This document shows positions 29,101 through 37,600 of a stretch of DNA of 63,609 bases, one piece after another. Below the pieces are notes generated by a model. That model was not told the DNA's origin and did no database searches. It worked only from the letters and a program-made list of their open reading frames with translations. The translations under genes and the position numbers were made by a program. Numbering within the stretch: the first letter of the stretch is position 1; each line of letters starts with the position of its first letter. Origin of the DNA: a virus (lineage: Duplodnaviria > Caudoviricetes); IMG/VR virus record IMGVR_UViG_3300042892_001063, positions 1-63,609 of that record; one strand, given 5' to 3'.

Positions 29101-29895
29101 CGGAATAGCTCCTGCTCCCAAAAACTCAGGAGTTACGGCGGCTCCCGTAATTGCTCCGTAAGTAGCTCCTGCTCCAATAGCAGAGCCTGCTGCTTTTAAT
29201 GCATCAGTATTTGTAGCCATTGAAGTTAAAGAACTTGCAAGAACCTCAGGTATTATACTTGGATTATTAGCTAATCCTTTTATAACTCCCCAAAATCCTT
29301 TACCTTCTCCCTCGTAAATTTTAGTGTAATCCTGCATTTCAGCAGATGGTTTCATTTGTTGAGCATTTTTATTTGCTTCAATAAATTTTTGAATTTGTTC
29401 AGGAGTTGCTTTATGTCCTTTTAATAACAATTTATCTGCGGTTTCAGCAACATTTCCTTGCCTGTATCCCGAAGCAACACTTCGAGCCATATCATCAACA
29501 AAGTCTCCTATTCCTAACGGAACAACGCTATCAAATCCTCTTAATACATTTCCAAAACTACCCGTGAAGTAATCTTCTTCTTCGGTTTCCTTAGTAGGTG
29601 CAGGCGTAGCCAATGAACCATCTGCCACAGGTAATTCCGTAGTACCTATTTTCTGTTGCTGAGGTATGTTTGATACCGAAGAACCTTTTTTTTTTACTTG
29701 AGGCTGAGCACCAATACCCATTAATGATTTATAATCATCAATGCTTTTACTATATCCTTGATTTGAAAATGCTTTATAAGAGTCATTCAATGCTTCAGGA
29801 TTAGTGTTAATTAGTTTTTTAAATTCATCAATGCTTTTAGTATATCCTTGAGATACAAATACATTATACGAGTCTTGGATTGCTTCTTCGTTCAT
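23098..29895 (-). CDS. Large putative internal virion (ejection) protein
   Basis: 2265 aa; last gene of the structural arm; Ala/Gly hydrophobic segments, PTEV repeats, helical. Confidence 0.65.
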   Translation of the reverse strand: MNEEAIQDSYNVFVSQGYTKSIDEFKKLINTNPEALNDSYKAFSNQGYSKSIDDYKSLMGIGAQPQVKKKGSSVSNIPQQQKIGTTELPVADGSLATPAPTKETEEEDYFTGSFGNVLRGFDSVVPLGIGDFVDDMARSVASGYRQGNVAETADKLLLKGHKATPEQIQKFIEANKNAQQMKPSAEMQDYTKIYEGEGKGFWGVIKGLANNPSIIPEVLASSLTSMATNTDALKAAGSAIGAGATYGAITGAAVTPEFLGAGAIPGAISGAASAVPYAFGLASTVVEAGSTFGELLTDELKGKELTKENVKAILEDPEKLQSIRNKAIARGVIIGTVDALTGKLASGVGAKILSKSAAKSAVGAATKQAVIKSTAAGSAIEALGGSAGEATARAATGQDMDVSEIALEGLAELPGGVRSTIQARFAKPSYKVNGEKVTASDIDNLIETMTPEELHATDIVINNDYEGRMFKIQDKVVTNTIKQEVKKANPDLNEPSLNAITELEKELQNLEGNKTQTGKDKASLLRNQIKDIQENQLQDEAVIETVVAETPTIQEDEVDSEISRLDDYNKKILENEKSYSWEKESANEYFADKRKYIEKTLEIAKKDLKENPESEFDKRLVERTEKALKELETIKTEQDAVQKPTTDESVLRTEQPEMGLQGVGEGNAKPEGTTTEKEIADAKQKFIETSTERKGSELSKDELDDIDSIFNEKLKALEKPEETITTEKPKEIKEPSVEQQFKDINEGNVVTFEYKNENEVPEIFKDKISSKGENNGEPFVKVTMAKSLADFHLQEKPTQETTPEVQPTVTEKPTEVTPTEKPEEVVAEAKPVKEQWEIDYERRKAKVDEFNAENRPSALENEQPRKRKNSDERSKLEDDAYESKKNISRAEDTDLAIEEYNKKKKELEDFDNKTQDIENNQRVNDLIYDEIEQKEKDKDNYEYSEEFNKDPREAALKSQKDLVDFLEERGAENDLESIDRYKNDINLLEKDIKDNPLKENTFLREEAKPTEVAPTEKSIEVTPAQKVTFTESKPTEVAPAEKPAQTIDAAIKTLEKSKEYIEADDIQKEALVRATRKEFGLKEKSAPSVNRLFGKLKDIAKITMTEKAALVKQIKDTAKGARESVKAFKLASQQLTKDIKELKESGKITSTQLTNILVKFSKVNVLNDASVSSFVDYMTKVFADADYVNKIDIAKGRLKTAKKNIVTKLGIADGLVGPLQRLFSINPTLIPDAYLGKYLDLVNMFGKRESVLTLEEKSKTIKDVQAILDEINNEQSLSDELADRFNNSENKVFKDGKLDYSASIKEMLKQGEIDSDELELMTKYKSNIAPQVEKTKLTEEEVQVEKEILIKEVKKSTVNFSELDTRDEREKAKELNALVKGDAINELTNVEIKNLLKVIDNINNGYLPHYTQLVVEKINAINNSKVLESAVDKSKPLPISKLYAKAKSLLTKKDAILEMIRRNPLFNIDQVLGDFKTKDIFNSILEKAAEAESKFTSQLKNVRGILEKAEERVAKSHGLNPDATLMSKFKMMTYMVQLEYDSNTDNKQVNPAAAYLKATIKHIEAGKSKFGERDAEKLQKIYDDYTNSDGNIDNEKLYNSFNSAEKNALEVIRNTNESLKDKAEYTAAIIRGQKINPLNNYVHLNVLHEYKPTDMASGQSFADQYNNSLKPSTKAKSLIERTGKVSPLNFDVFASAQRGAKFVLMDYHLTEPIRTARKTINRTISNLESKGKLPKEKRQIVNAINNAFEESVSNLITNSYMETSIGDDVVDYISKQGYRAVLAGTGRFASELLSNVGFVLISDPSSFTEGTKYNDVTMSDDAPAIMNNVNSKETNRIFPTDTLSGRMIDTNILSQASGIKGGKSKNPIVNKIEQIWNRTGKKYVNAVELTADVLISTPDKVIMRPIWFGSFAFNFKKITGNEIDFKKIAANDEAYMNENKKAIEEAKNIADERSVITGASNNAFTGILKGTSKPDQSITIKAFNNFNNFMTRFMVYEYVTARTGIYAAMGNGSLTRRQGVALLGAVATRMTVYSLLIKVLGGGIIGLIFDDEEEEDEKSAAQSVGQALASTFTSMLFGRDFGNVSKTIINYGLEEVNKEYLEDLRTGEYDPYKDALQYSVIPPEKKGVQTGAFDLLKNMTGSFGPAIKTTDLVLKKAFEPEKKEADAIERREKEISRRIPLEVLGNLGLVPLYKEIRKSMMKDVYQKTLEEQLLGSYESKEQMKKTNPKLYERNFGEGTMYERIKEREKKANAKIKERKKRDDKD

Positions 29896-29904
29896 ATTTT
29901 TATT

Positions 29905-31728
29905 TTAGTATTTTGAACCTACTCCTTTATTGGATGCAGCAGGTTGATTAGTTTTACCTCCTTTTAATCTTTGCTCCTCTACAATCTTTTGTTGTAATTT
30001 AATAAAATCTTCTAATCCTAAAGCTGAAGCAGATGCAGTATTTGCACTTCTTTTTGTTTTAACAATATATTTTTTACCCGTAGGAGAAGTAACTTCAACT
30101 TCATTTCCAAAACGTCCTCCTATATCTTTTGCACTAAATCCTTCAGGTATCGCATTGTTAATATCTTCAACTGCATCTTGAGAAGGTTTTGCTAATACAT
30201 CAGTAGATAAAGTAAATTCTTTAATCGTAGTTCCTCTAACAAATGTTTTATCATTAAACTTAGCTCCTTTTTTGTAAGAACCTCTATCTAATGATTTACT
30301 TACATCTAATTGACCCGCCAACAATGGACCTGCTGAAGCTATAAAGTCTTCTTGAGTTCGAGGCTTTCCTTTACTATCTATAAAGCTTATACTTTCTTTA
30401 TTTCCATTAGGAAGAACAACAGTTATTCCTGTAGGAGTTCTTATTATATCTTCAAATAATATTTCTCCTTTAGCATTCTTTAGTCCTTTGAAATAATCTT
30501 TAGCAGAACCCGCTTGATTTTCATCTCCATACCATAATTTACCAATCATATTAGTAGCTGTATCAGCATCTTTTTCTTCAGCAGGTTTAGTTTCGTATTT
30601 CTTCTTTACTTTTGCTACTGTTTCTGCTGATTCTGATAACTGTCCTGTAGTGCTTATTTTTTTCTCTTCGTCTAACTTGAGTATAATCTGATTTTTAACA
30701 AAGTCATTAGCCTCTTTCTTCATTCTTTCATAATTAGCACCTGTTTCGTCAAGGTCCATTCTATGTGTAGCCTGATTAATCTTAACAAGTATTTTGTTAG
30801 TATTCGCCTTAGCTTCATCACTATTATATGTAAAATCATCTGAACCATACTTAGCTAAATCTTCAGTAATAACACCCATAAGATTATATGAATTAGAAGG
30901 ACCTCCAATTCTTGAAGCTACCATATCATCAATAGCTTTATTAAAATTATTTGCTATTTCTTTAACTACAGGGTCTTTTATTGAAGCTAAATAAGTAGGT
31001 CCTAAATATTCAGATATAGTACCTGCTCCTACTGTAGTTGCAGCTTGATACACTACTGCTTTTTTATCTCCAAATCTTTCAACCATTGCGGTAGTTTCTT
31101 TATCAGTATAAAAACTTTGGATAGGTTGAGCTAACATACCTAAAAGAACATTTGACGTAGCTATATTTTTTCCCATTACTTTAACAGTTTTACCGTCAAT
31201 TATTTTATCTTCTAATAAGCCAAAATTTATTTCTCCTGTAGGAGAATTTACATTAATACTTAAGTTAGATAAATCTACCATTTTTTCAACAAAACTTCCT
31301 TGAAATATATTTGCTGCTGATTGTAAACTACCATTTGCTATACCATCCAATGTAGTTTTTTTTGCTTTTTGAAGTTCCGGAGCTACTTTAAATAGATTAT
31401 TTGTACCATCTAATTGGTTTTGTCTTTTCAAGGTATAGTCCCTTACGCTCATGTCTCCTCTTATAAGTAAATCGTAATCAATCTTTGTTTGTTCAATTAA
31501 ATCGTGAGCAAATTGATTTATTTTTGAATTTACACTTTGGTCAACTCCTTGAGGGGAGTTCATTAAGTTATTTAAAGTTTCTCTTTGTGCTTGAGCTAAA
31601 GCATCTTTCTTTTCTTGACGCACACGGTTTACTTCTAAAAGCATTCCACTTGCTTGCGCTCCAACCTCAGCCCAATTTATTTGGGAGTCTGCATCTCTCT
31701 CTGCATATTTATAGTAAGTACCTGCCAT
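29905..31728 (-). CDS. Putative internal virion protein
   Basis: 607 aa; position typical of podovirus ejection genes. Confidence 0.55.
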   Translation of the reverse strand: MAGTYYKYAERDADSQINWAEVGAQASGMLLEVNRVRQEKKDALAQAQRETLNNLMNSPQGVDQSVNSKINQFAHDLIEQTKIDYDLLIRGDMSVRDYTLKRQNQLDGTNNLFKVAPELQKAKKTTLDGIANGSLQSAANIFQGSFVEKMVDLSNLSINVNSPTGEINFGLLEDKIIDGKTVKVMGKNIATSNVLLGMLAQPIQSFYTDKETTAMVERFGDKKAVVYQAATTVGAGTISEYLGPTYLASIKDPVVKEIANNFNKAIDDMVASRIGGPSNSYNLMGVITEDLAKYGSDDFTYNSDEAKANTNKILVKINQATHRMDLDETGANYERMKKEANDFVKNQIILKLDEEKKISTTGQLSESAETVAKVKKKYETKPAEEKDADTATNMIGKLWYGDENQAGSAKDYFKGLKNAKGEILFEDIIRTPTGITVVLPNGNKESISFIDSKGKPRTQEDFIASAGPLLAGQLDVSKSLDRGSYKKGAKFNDKTFVRGTTIKEFTLSTDVLAKPSQDAVEDINNAIPEGFSAKDIGGRFGNEVEVTSPTGKKYIVKTKRSANTASASALGLEDFIKLQQKIVEEQRLKGGKTNQPAASNKGVGSKY

Positions 31729-31735
31729 AATTTAT

Positions 31736-32440
31736 TTATCTTATTATATTTCCAAAAGCATCATATTGTGGGAACATTGGTTGAGTGTTCGGCATAGTAG
31801 CTACAGGTTTAGCAGGGGTCATATTAACCATTGGAGCGGAAGTAAGCCCCCCTTCAGGCATTACTGATTCTACGGCGTTATTCCCGCTTTTGAAGAATAA
31901 AGGCATCATAGATAATCCTTGTTGAGCTGTGCTAATAGCTCCTTGTATTCCTTGAGCTGTTTGTGCAGTTGCTGCTTCCTCAGCATTACGGGCAGCTAAT
32001 TGAGCACCTTCAGCTTCTCCTAAATCTAATTGAACGCCTAAGTCTCTTAAACGACTTTCTTCTGCAATTCTCTTATTTTCAATGTCAGTCATCTCAGCAC
32101 CCATAGCTGTTCTTATCCCTGCTTGAGCTTCGTTCTGAGCCATCATAACTTTACCCGCAGTTGCTTCAGCTCCTCTATCAGATTCTTGACCTGCCTGAAT
32201 AGCCTGAGCACCTTGAGAAAGCAAAGCTTCTCTTTGCAATTCATAAGGCTCTTTCTTTATAGCCATTTCATCAGTAAAATTTATCTCAAGTTTTTTACGT
32301 GCCTCTGCCATTGCCGCAGATGCTGCCGCCTCTGCTTGTCTTTGTTTTGTTTTTTGCTGTCCTGCCTGTATAAATGAATTTGCTGTTGATGCTGCTGAAA
32401 GAGCTAATCCTCCTATTGCTACTGCTGTTACTACTCCCAT
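31736..32440 (-). CDS. Putative small ejection protein
   Basis: Hydrophobic Gly/Ala N-terminus, Ala/Gln-rich. Confidence 0.6.
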   Translation of the reverse strand: MGVVTAVAIGGLALSAASTANSFIQAGQQKTKQRQAEAAASAAMAEARKKLEINFTDEMAIKKEPYELQREALLSQGAQAIQAGQESDRGAEATAGKVMMAQNEAQAGIRTAMGAEMTDIENKRIAEESRLRDLGVQLDLGEAEGAQLAARNAEEAATAQTAQGIQGAISTAQQGLSMMPLFFKSGNNAVESVMPEGGLTSAPMVNMTPAKPVATMPNTQPMFPQYDAFGNIIR

Positions 32441-32441
32441 A

Positions 32442-32852
32442 TTATAATATTTTTATCATTTCACTTGTATATCCATCTCCTTTAGACCAACCTAAATCTT
32501 CGTAGGTTTTAATAAGGCTTTTGTTTTTAATTAAAGCGTATCCGTATTTACTTCCTGTATTTTTACAAATATTTGTAAGAGACTCTATTAGTAATTTAAT
32601 AGCTTCTCTTCTTTTATCTTTTATTCTGTACTCCTTGTTAGATATAATCCAATCTACCCAAGCAACACTTGAGTTAGTCATATATATAAAACCTGCACAA
32701 ATTGGCGTATCTCCATCATAAACTATAACCCCTCCTTTACCATTATCAGGTAAAAAATCTTTTGCAGGTGGCTCCCAATTCCATTGTTTCCACCATTCCA
32801 CAAGAATTTCTTCGTAGTCAGTATCGTAAAGATGTCTAATTTCTAATTCCAT
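32442..32852 (-). CDS. GNAT-like protein
   Basis: PICAGFIY, LIKTYEDLGW; between tail and ejection genes. Confidence 0.6.
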   Translation of the reverse strand: MELEIRHLYDTDYEEILVEWWKQWNWEPPAKDFLPDNGKGGVIVYDGDTPICAGFIYMTNSSVAWVDWIISNKEYRIKDKRREAIKLLIESLTNICKNTGSKYGYALIKNKSLIKTYEDLGWSKGDGYTSEMIKIL

Positions 32853-32859
32853 ATTGATA

Positions 32860-32867
32860 CAAAGATA
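32860..32867 (-). promoter_or_regulatory. -7 promoter element (TATCTTTG)
   Basis: CAAAGATA on + strand, 8 nt upstream of the start. Confidence 0.5.
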
Positions 32868-32873
32868 TTAAAT

Positions 32874-33653
32874 TTAAGGGAAACTTTTCATTACATTAGT
32901 TTGAACAGAGAATAATTCTATTTTACTTGAAGAATTATTTGAAAGAGTAAAGGTACAATAATGTCCTAATACTCCGTGTGATTCAGCTACAGAATTTTTA
33001 ATATACAAGAAATAAGCGTCTTGAGTAGCTATAGGTGTAGTTACATATCCCGGTACTGTTGTGTTTATTGTCAATTGGTTTAACCCACTTGGATAATCAA
33101 CATTTACAGCAGTTACTTGACCTGCAAGTAAAGGCGTAGTTGAAGGAGATACAAAGAAATATAGCAAATCTCCAATGCTAATAATATTACCTATAGCTAT
33201 AAGAGGGTTAATTGAGAACTTAACCGTAGTTCCTGATATAACTTGATAGCTTCTTCCGATACCATTCACACTTCTAAGAGAAAGTTGCCCTATTGAATTG
33301 TTTCTTACAAATGCATAATAAGCAGCTTCTTTCTTCTCGAACCAAGATTGCTCTATATATCCTGAATATTGCAAATCAGTCTCTAACGTAACGCCCCAAG
33401 CAGCATCTCCTTGTAGATTAATGGTTTTAAATAGTTTATTCTCAAGGGCAGCATTATTAAATACGCTCTGTAGCGTAGATGGTGTATATTGTCCATAGAA
33501 TGTATTTCGAGCTTCATTTACGTTATGTCTATAAATATTTCCTCCTTTAAAAGTGTAAAAATAATTATTCATTCCAATCATCCAATCAGGATAATAAGAA
33601 TAAAAAGATACCCAACCGGCAACTCCTTCGCTATATGATAGTGTGTAATTCAT
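32874..33653 (-). CDS. Tail stabilisation/nozzle protein, C-terminal part
   Basis: TLSYSEGVAGWVSFYSY.P, NKLFKTINL, F..KE..YYA, ELFSV. Confidence 0.6.
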   Translation of the reverse strand: MNYTLSYSEGVAGWVSFYSYYPDWMIGMNNYFYTFKGGNIYRHNVNEARNTFYGQYTPSTLQSVFNNAALENKLFKTINLQGDAAWGVTLETDLQYSGYIEQSWFEKKEAAYYAFVRNNSIGQLSLRSVNGIGRSYQVISGTTVKFSINPLIAIGNIISIGDLLYFFVSPSTTPLLAGQVTAVNVDYPSGLNQLTINTTVPGYVTTPIATQDAYFLYIKNSVAESHGVLGHYCTFTLSNNSSSKIELFSVQTNVMKSFP

Positions 33654-33663
33654 AATTTTAATA

Positions 33664-34605
33664 TTAAGAAGGTGTAGAACAACCTACTATTGCTACTACA
33701 ATTCCATTTACAATTTGCAATACTTGATTTGGAACTGCTACATTACTTGTCATATAATACCCATCTGCTAAAGCAAATTCCCCATTAGCATCTGTAAATA
33801 CATAATCATAAAGACCTACATATACATCAATTGTACTATGTACTTTTGCAAAATAAAATGTATTTGGCATAGATGCTCCACAAAGTATTGTAGATGAAGG
33901 AAATACATTTGAAGAAATAAAACTTGGCAATGCTACAGGGCAATAAATTTCAATATCAAATCCTGTGCCCGAACAAGGACCAATCATCTCAATAAAAACA
34001 TTGTTTGGAGTTGCGCTTGGCTTTGGTATTACCATAACGCATTGACCCGGAGCAGAATATGAAGATAGTGAAACATCTCCCGGATATACAATAACCGATT
34101 GAGTATTTCCTGTATTTACAAATTCTATTCCGTTATATAGCTTTTCAACTAAATCCGGAAATAAAGTAGTACCACCTGACATACCACAATCAGCTAATAA
34201 ATCTCCTACAATGGTAAAATTACCATAATTTGAACTTTGATGAAGTCCATCTACAGGAGAGCTTAATTTATTATAAACAACTCCATCATAAGTAGCTCTT
34301 ATTCCGTCAGGCACTGCTTGTGGGTTGAATATAATAATTATAGCGCCTGTATTTAAACTTCCTGCATCTAAATTTATTTGATAAATTCCTTCAACGCCCG
34401 AAGCACTAATAGTTTCTCCACAAGGCGTTCCACAAGTCTCGCAATCTTCTTGAGGTAATAATATACCGCTTGATTGCTGTCTTGTAATTGTTCCGAATTT
34501 ATAAAATCCATCAGGAGCTATATATTCTAAGTTTATATCTAAATATACAGATGCAGCTACATCAAATGTATCTGCGTCTATATAATATGTTGCATTTATT
34601 GCCAT
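33664..34605 (-). CDS. Cys-containing structural protein
   Basis: Shares a domain with the C-terminus of ORF 34619. Confidence 0.6.
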   Translation of the reverse strand: MAINATYYIDADTFDVAASVYLDINLEYIAPDGFYKFGTITRQQSSGILLPQEDCETCGTPCGETISASGVEGIYQINLDAGSLNTGAIIIIFNPQAVPDGIRATYDGVVYNKLSSPVDGLHQSSNYGNFTIVGDLLADCGMSGGTTLFPDLVEKLYNGIEFVNTGNTQSVIVYPGDVSLSSYSAPGQCVMVIPKPSATPNNVFIEMIGPCSGTGFDIEIYCPVALPSFISSNVFPSSTILCGASMPNTFYFAKVHSTIDVYVGLYDYVFTDANGEFALADGYYMTSNVAVPNQVLQIVNGIVVAIVGCSTPS

Positions 34606-34618
34606 ATTTTTTATTTAA

Positions 34619-37600
34619 TTATGTTATACAGTCGCAAGAGTCATATACTATTATTATTTCTTCTTCACTAAAAGGACTTCCTATTGAACAATAAGAAGCA
34701 TTTGTTGCTGATGCAGCTAATGTATTCGTATTTAATATACCATTTTCATCATAAAATGACACATTAATTTGAAATGCATTTGGATTACTTACAAGATATA
34801 AATTATAAGGCGTAGTACAAGTAGTCTCACAATAACAACAAACATCTATAGCATCAATTCCAAAACACAAAGATACAGCAACAGCGCAAGGCGTACAAGC
34901 TTGCTGAGGTAATAAAATCCCATCTACTAATTCTCTAACAATTCCATTTGCTGAATAAAATCCATTTGCTGCAAATGTATCTAAATCTGAAGAAGTCCAA
35001 ACCGAAGTAGCTGAATTTATTTCAGCATCTAAATAATATGAACCAACGGTACAATCACAACAAGCATCAACTCTTGTAGTTCCGTAACATAAATCAGTTG
35101 GTATAGCAACTCTAAAATCCCAAATCAAATAAAGATTATCCCCATTAACACTTGCGGGAACTGTAAAGTCTGCATGGTAAGAAGGTGTTGAGCCTAAATT
35201 AGGAGTAGCTATTGAAGATGAAGCCAATAAGGTCTGAATACCTATATTGGTATTTGGATATAATATATTACTTCTATTGTATCTAAATTTATAATTAGAA
35301 GGAATAAATACGAAATCATCAGGAAATATAGTATTTGATATAAGACTCATAGTACTAAATTCAGGAGGAAATCCTCCTTCTCCTGCAAATCCTGATGTTA
35401 TATTATATCTTGACACAAGAGGACTTGCTGTTCCGCTTCCAAATAAAACCAAGTTTGATAAAAGAGGACCTATAAATAATCCGTTTGTATATCTGTACTG
35501 AGTATGAACTGTTTCTCCTGCTTGGGAGTTATTTGTTAAAACAACTTCAACTATGTTTAATGCCTCAGCGTTACAACACTCAGCATTAACAGACACAACC
35601 ATATCCCCTGTATATTTAAGAGTTATTTGTGCGGTTTCAACAGATACATTATTTTTATTAAATGTAATTTGACCATCAGTATTTATAGGGGTTGATGTTA
35701 CTTGAGTTCCATTATAATCTACAATAACCTCAAGAGTTTTACCTGATTCTATACTTGAGAATATCCAACTTACATTAGTAAATCCAACAGTAGGACCTAA
35801 GTCAACACAATATACTTGTTCTTTGTATTCTTCGTTAGTTACGGATAAAGTAAATGTTTGAGAAGTACCACAAGCCAAACATTGAGGATTGATAGGTAGT
35901 TGCTCCGCATTCATAGACAATACATACTCGTTCATATACGGGTCAAACCCGCCGAGCTTTTGATAATTAAACGAATCATTGAATTTATCTCTAAACCAAG
36001 TTCTCATATTTTGATTAGATACTGCAATTAATTGTTCGTTTTGGCTTTCTCCTCCCTTTAATTGTATAACTGAACCACGTTTTGCATCAGTAAAGAATCT
36101 GTCAAATCCCCATTGAACATAACTTTCAGGGTTAAAACTGATACCGTACTTTTCAGTACGTGCTATTTGAGTTCCTAAGACTTCAGGAGTAGCTGTAATG
36201 ATACCTCCGGAACTTGCGTCTGATAATAAATTTTTACCCGCTAAAACGTAAGATATTTTATCTTCTTGTAAAGTCAGTACATCTGTATTCCTACCATCTA
36301 ACAACATTATACTTCCAAAAGATGCCTCGCAATGTTTGTAATTAGATAAACCTTTATTAAATTCGTTAAGTCTATTTATGTTACTTTCTCCATTGTATAT
36401 ACCGCTATAAGTAATATCTGAGAATTTATCAGCAGATTTATAATCTTGAGCAGCAACAGTAGTTACTCTTTCTCCAAAATTAAAAGACCTTCCAAGTAAT
36501 GAATCACGTATCTTATAGCTCTCTGCTCCATTTCCAAAGGCATAACAATTATAGAAACCTGTATCTATTATAGCGGAAATGCCGCCTATAATATCTTGGT
36601 TTTGAATATTACCTTCGTGATTACCCTCTGAATCAATAGCAAGAGATAAATTATTTTCAAAGAATATATCAGGCAATGCATCAGATGGTTGAGTTTCCCA
36701 TATAATCGTATTGATTGCTCTAAATACTTGAACATTCATATCTATGAAATACCTTCTAAAATTAGCCCCTGCTCCTGAACAAGCCCATCCTGCGGTATAG
36801 CTAAGCCAAAGCCTATTAGTAGTATTATCTCTATTAAATCTAAGATATTGTGTATTGAATTGACAACTTGGAGCACCTAATCCCGTCTGAAATTCAAGCG
36901 TTGCTCCTCCGCATACTGTAATTACAGGATTATCTAACGTTGAAGCTATATTATCTCCAACAAACCAATCATACATATTGTCATAATCTCTTGATGCTGT
37001 ATATGTGGCTTCCCATAAAGTTCCGTTACATTCACACTTACTTCTACCGCCTGCTCGGTCTCCTTTTGCGTAAAATTTTACTCTACTACCTGAAGGAATA
37101 GAGTAATCTTCGTATGTCCAAAGAGGATGCAAAGGGTCATATCCTACTTCTCTTGTAAGGTTCATAGGATATTGTATTACACCACAAGTAGTTCGATTTG
37201 AAATACTTGTATAATCAGAAAACATTCCCGGTTGTATAGTGGCATTTGGGTCAACTACAAGGTTAAATGTACTTGGATTCATTTTTATATAAAGACCCGC
37301 AAGTACTGTTGTATTCTCTTTTGGGACAATAAAGTCGGCAGCTTGAGATACTTTTTCAAGAACTGTAGCGTAAGCACAGTTTTGACTTGGACCCGATGTA
37401 TCTGCTTTTACAATTAACCTATCTCCTTCTTCAACCTTTCTCATATTATCTCCTTCAAGAAGAAACCAAACATCGTTTGTATCAGGGTCTGTAAAGAATA
37501 TATTTGAATAAATAGTTTCGTAATTTTCAGCATCAGGTTTAATTACAAACTTATATCTTGTAGCCCATTCAGGAGGGCGTTGTTCAAAAGGTATGGTTAT

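Noticed and set aside
23098-29895. crAss-type virion RNA polymerase
   Set aside because: No DxDxD catalytic motif seen; host-type promoters explain early transcription
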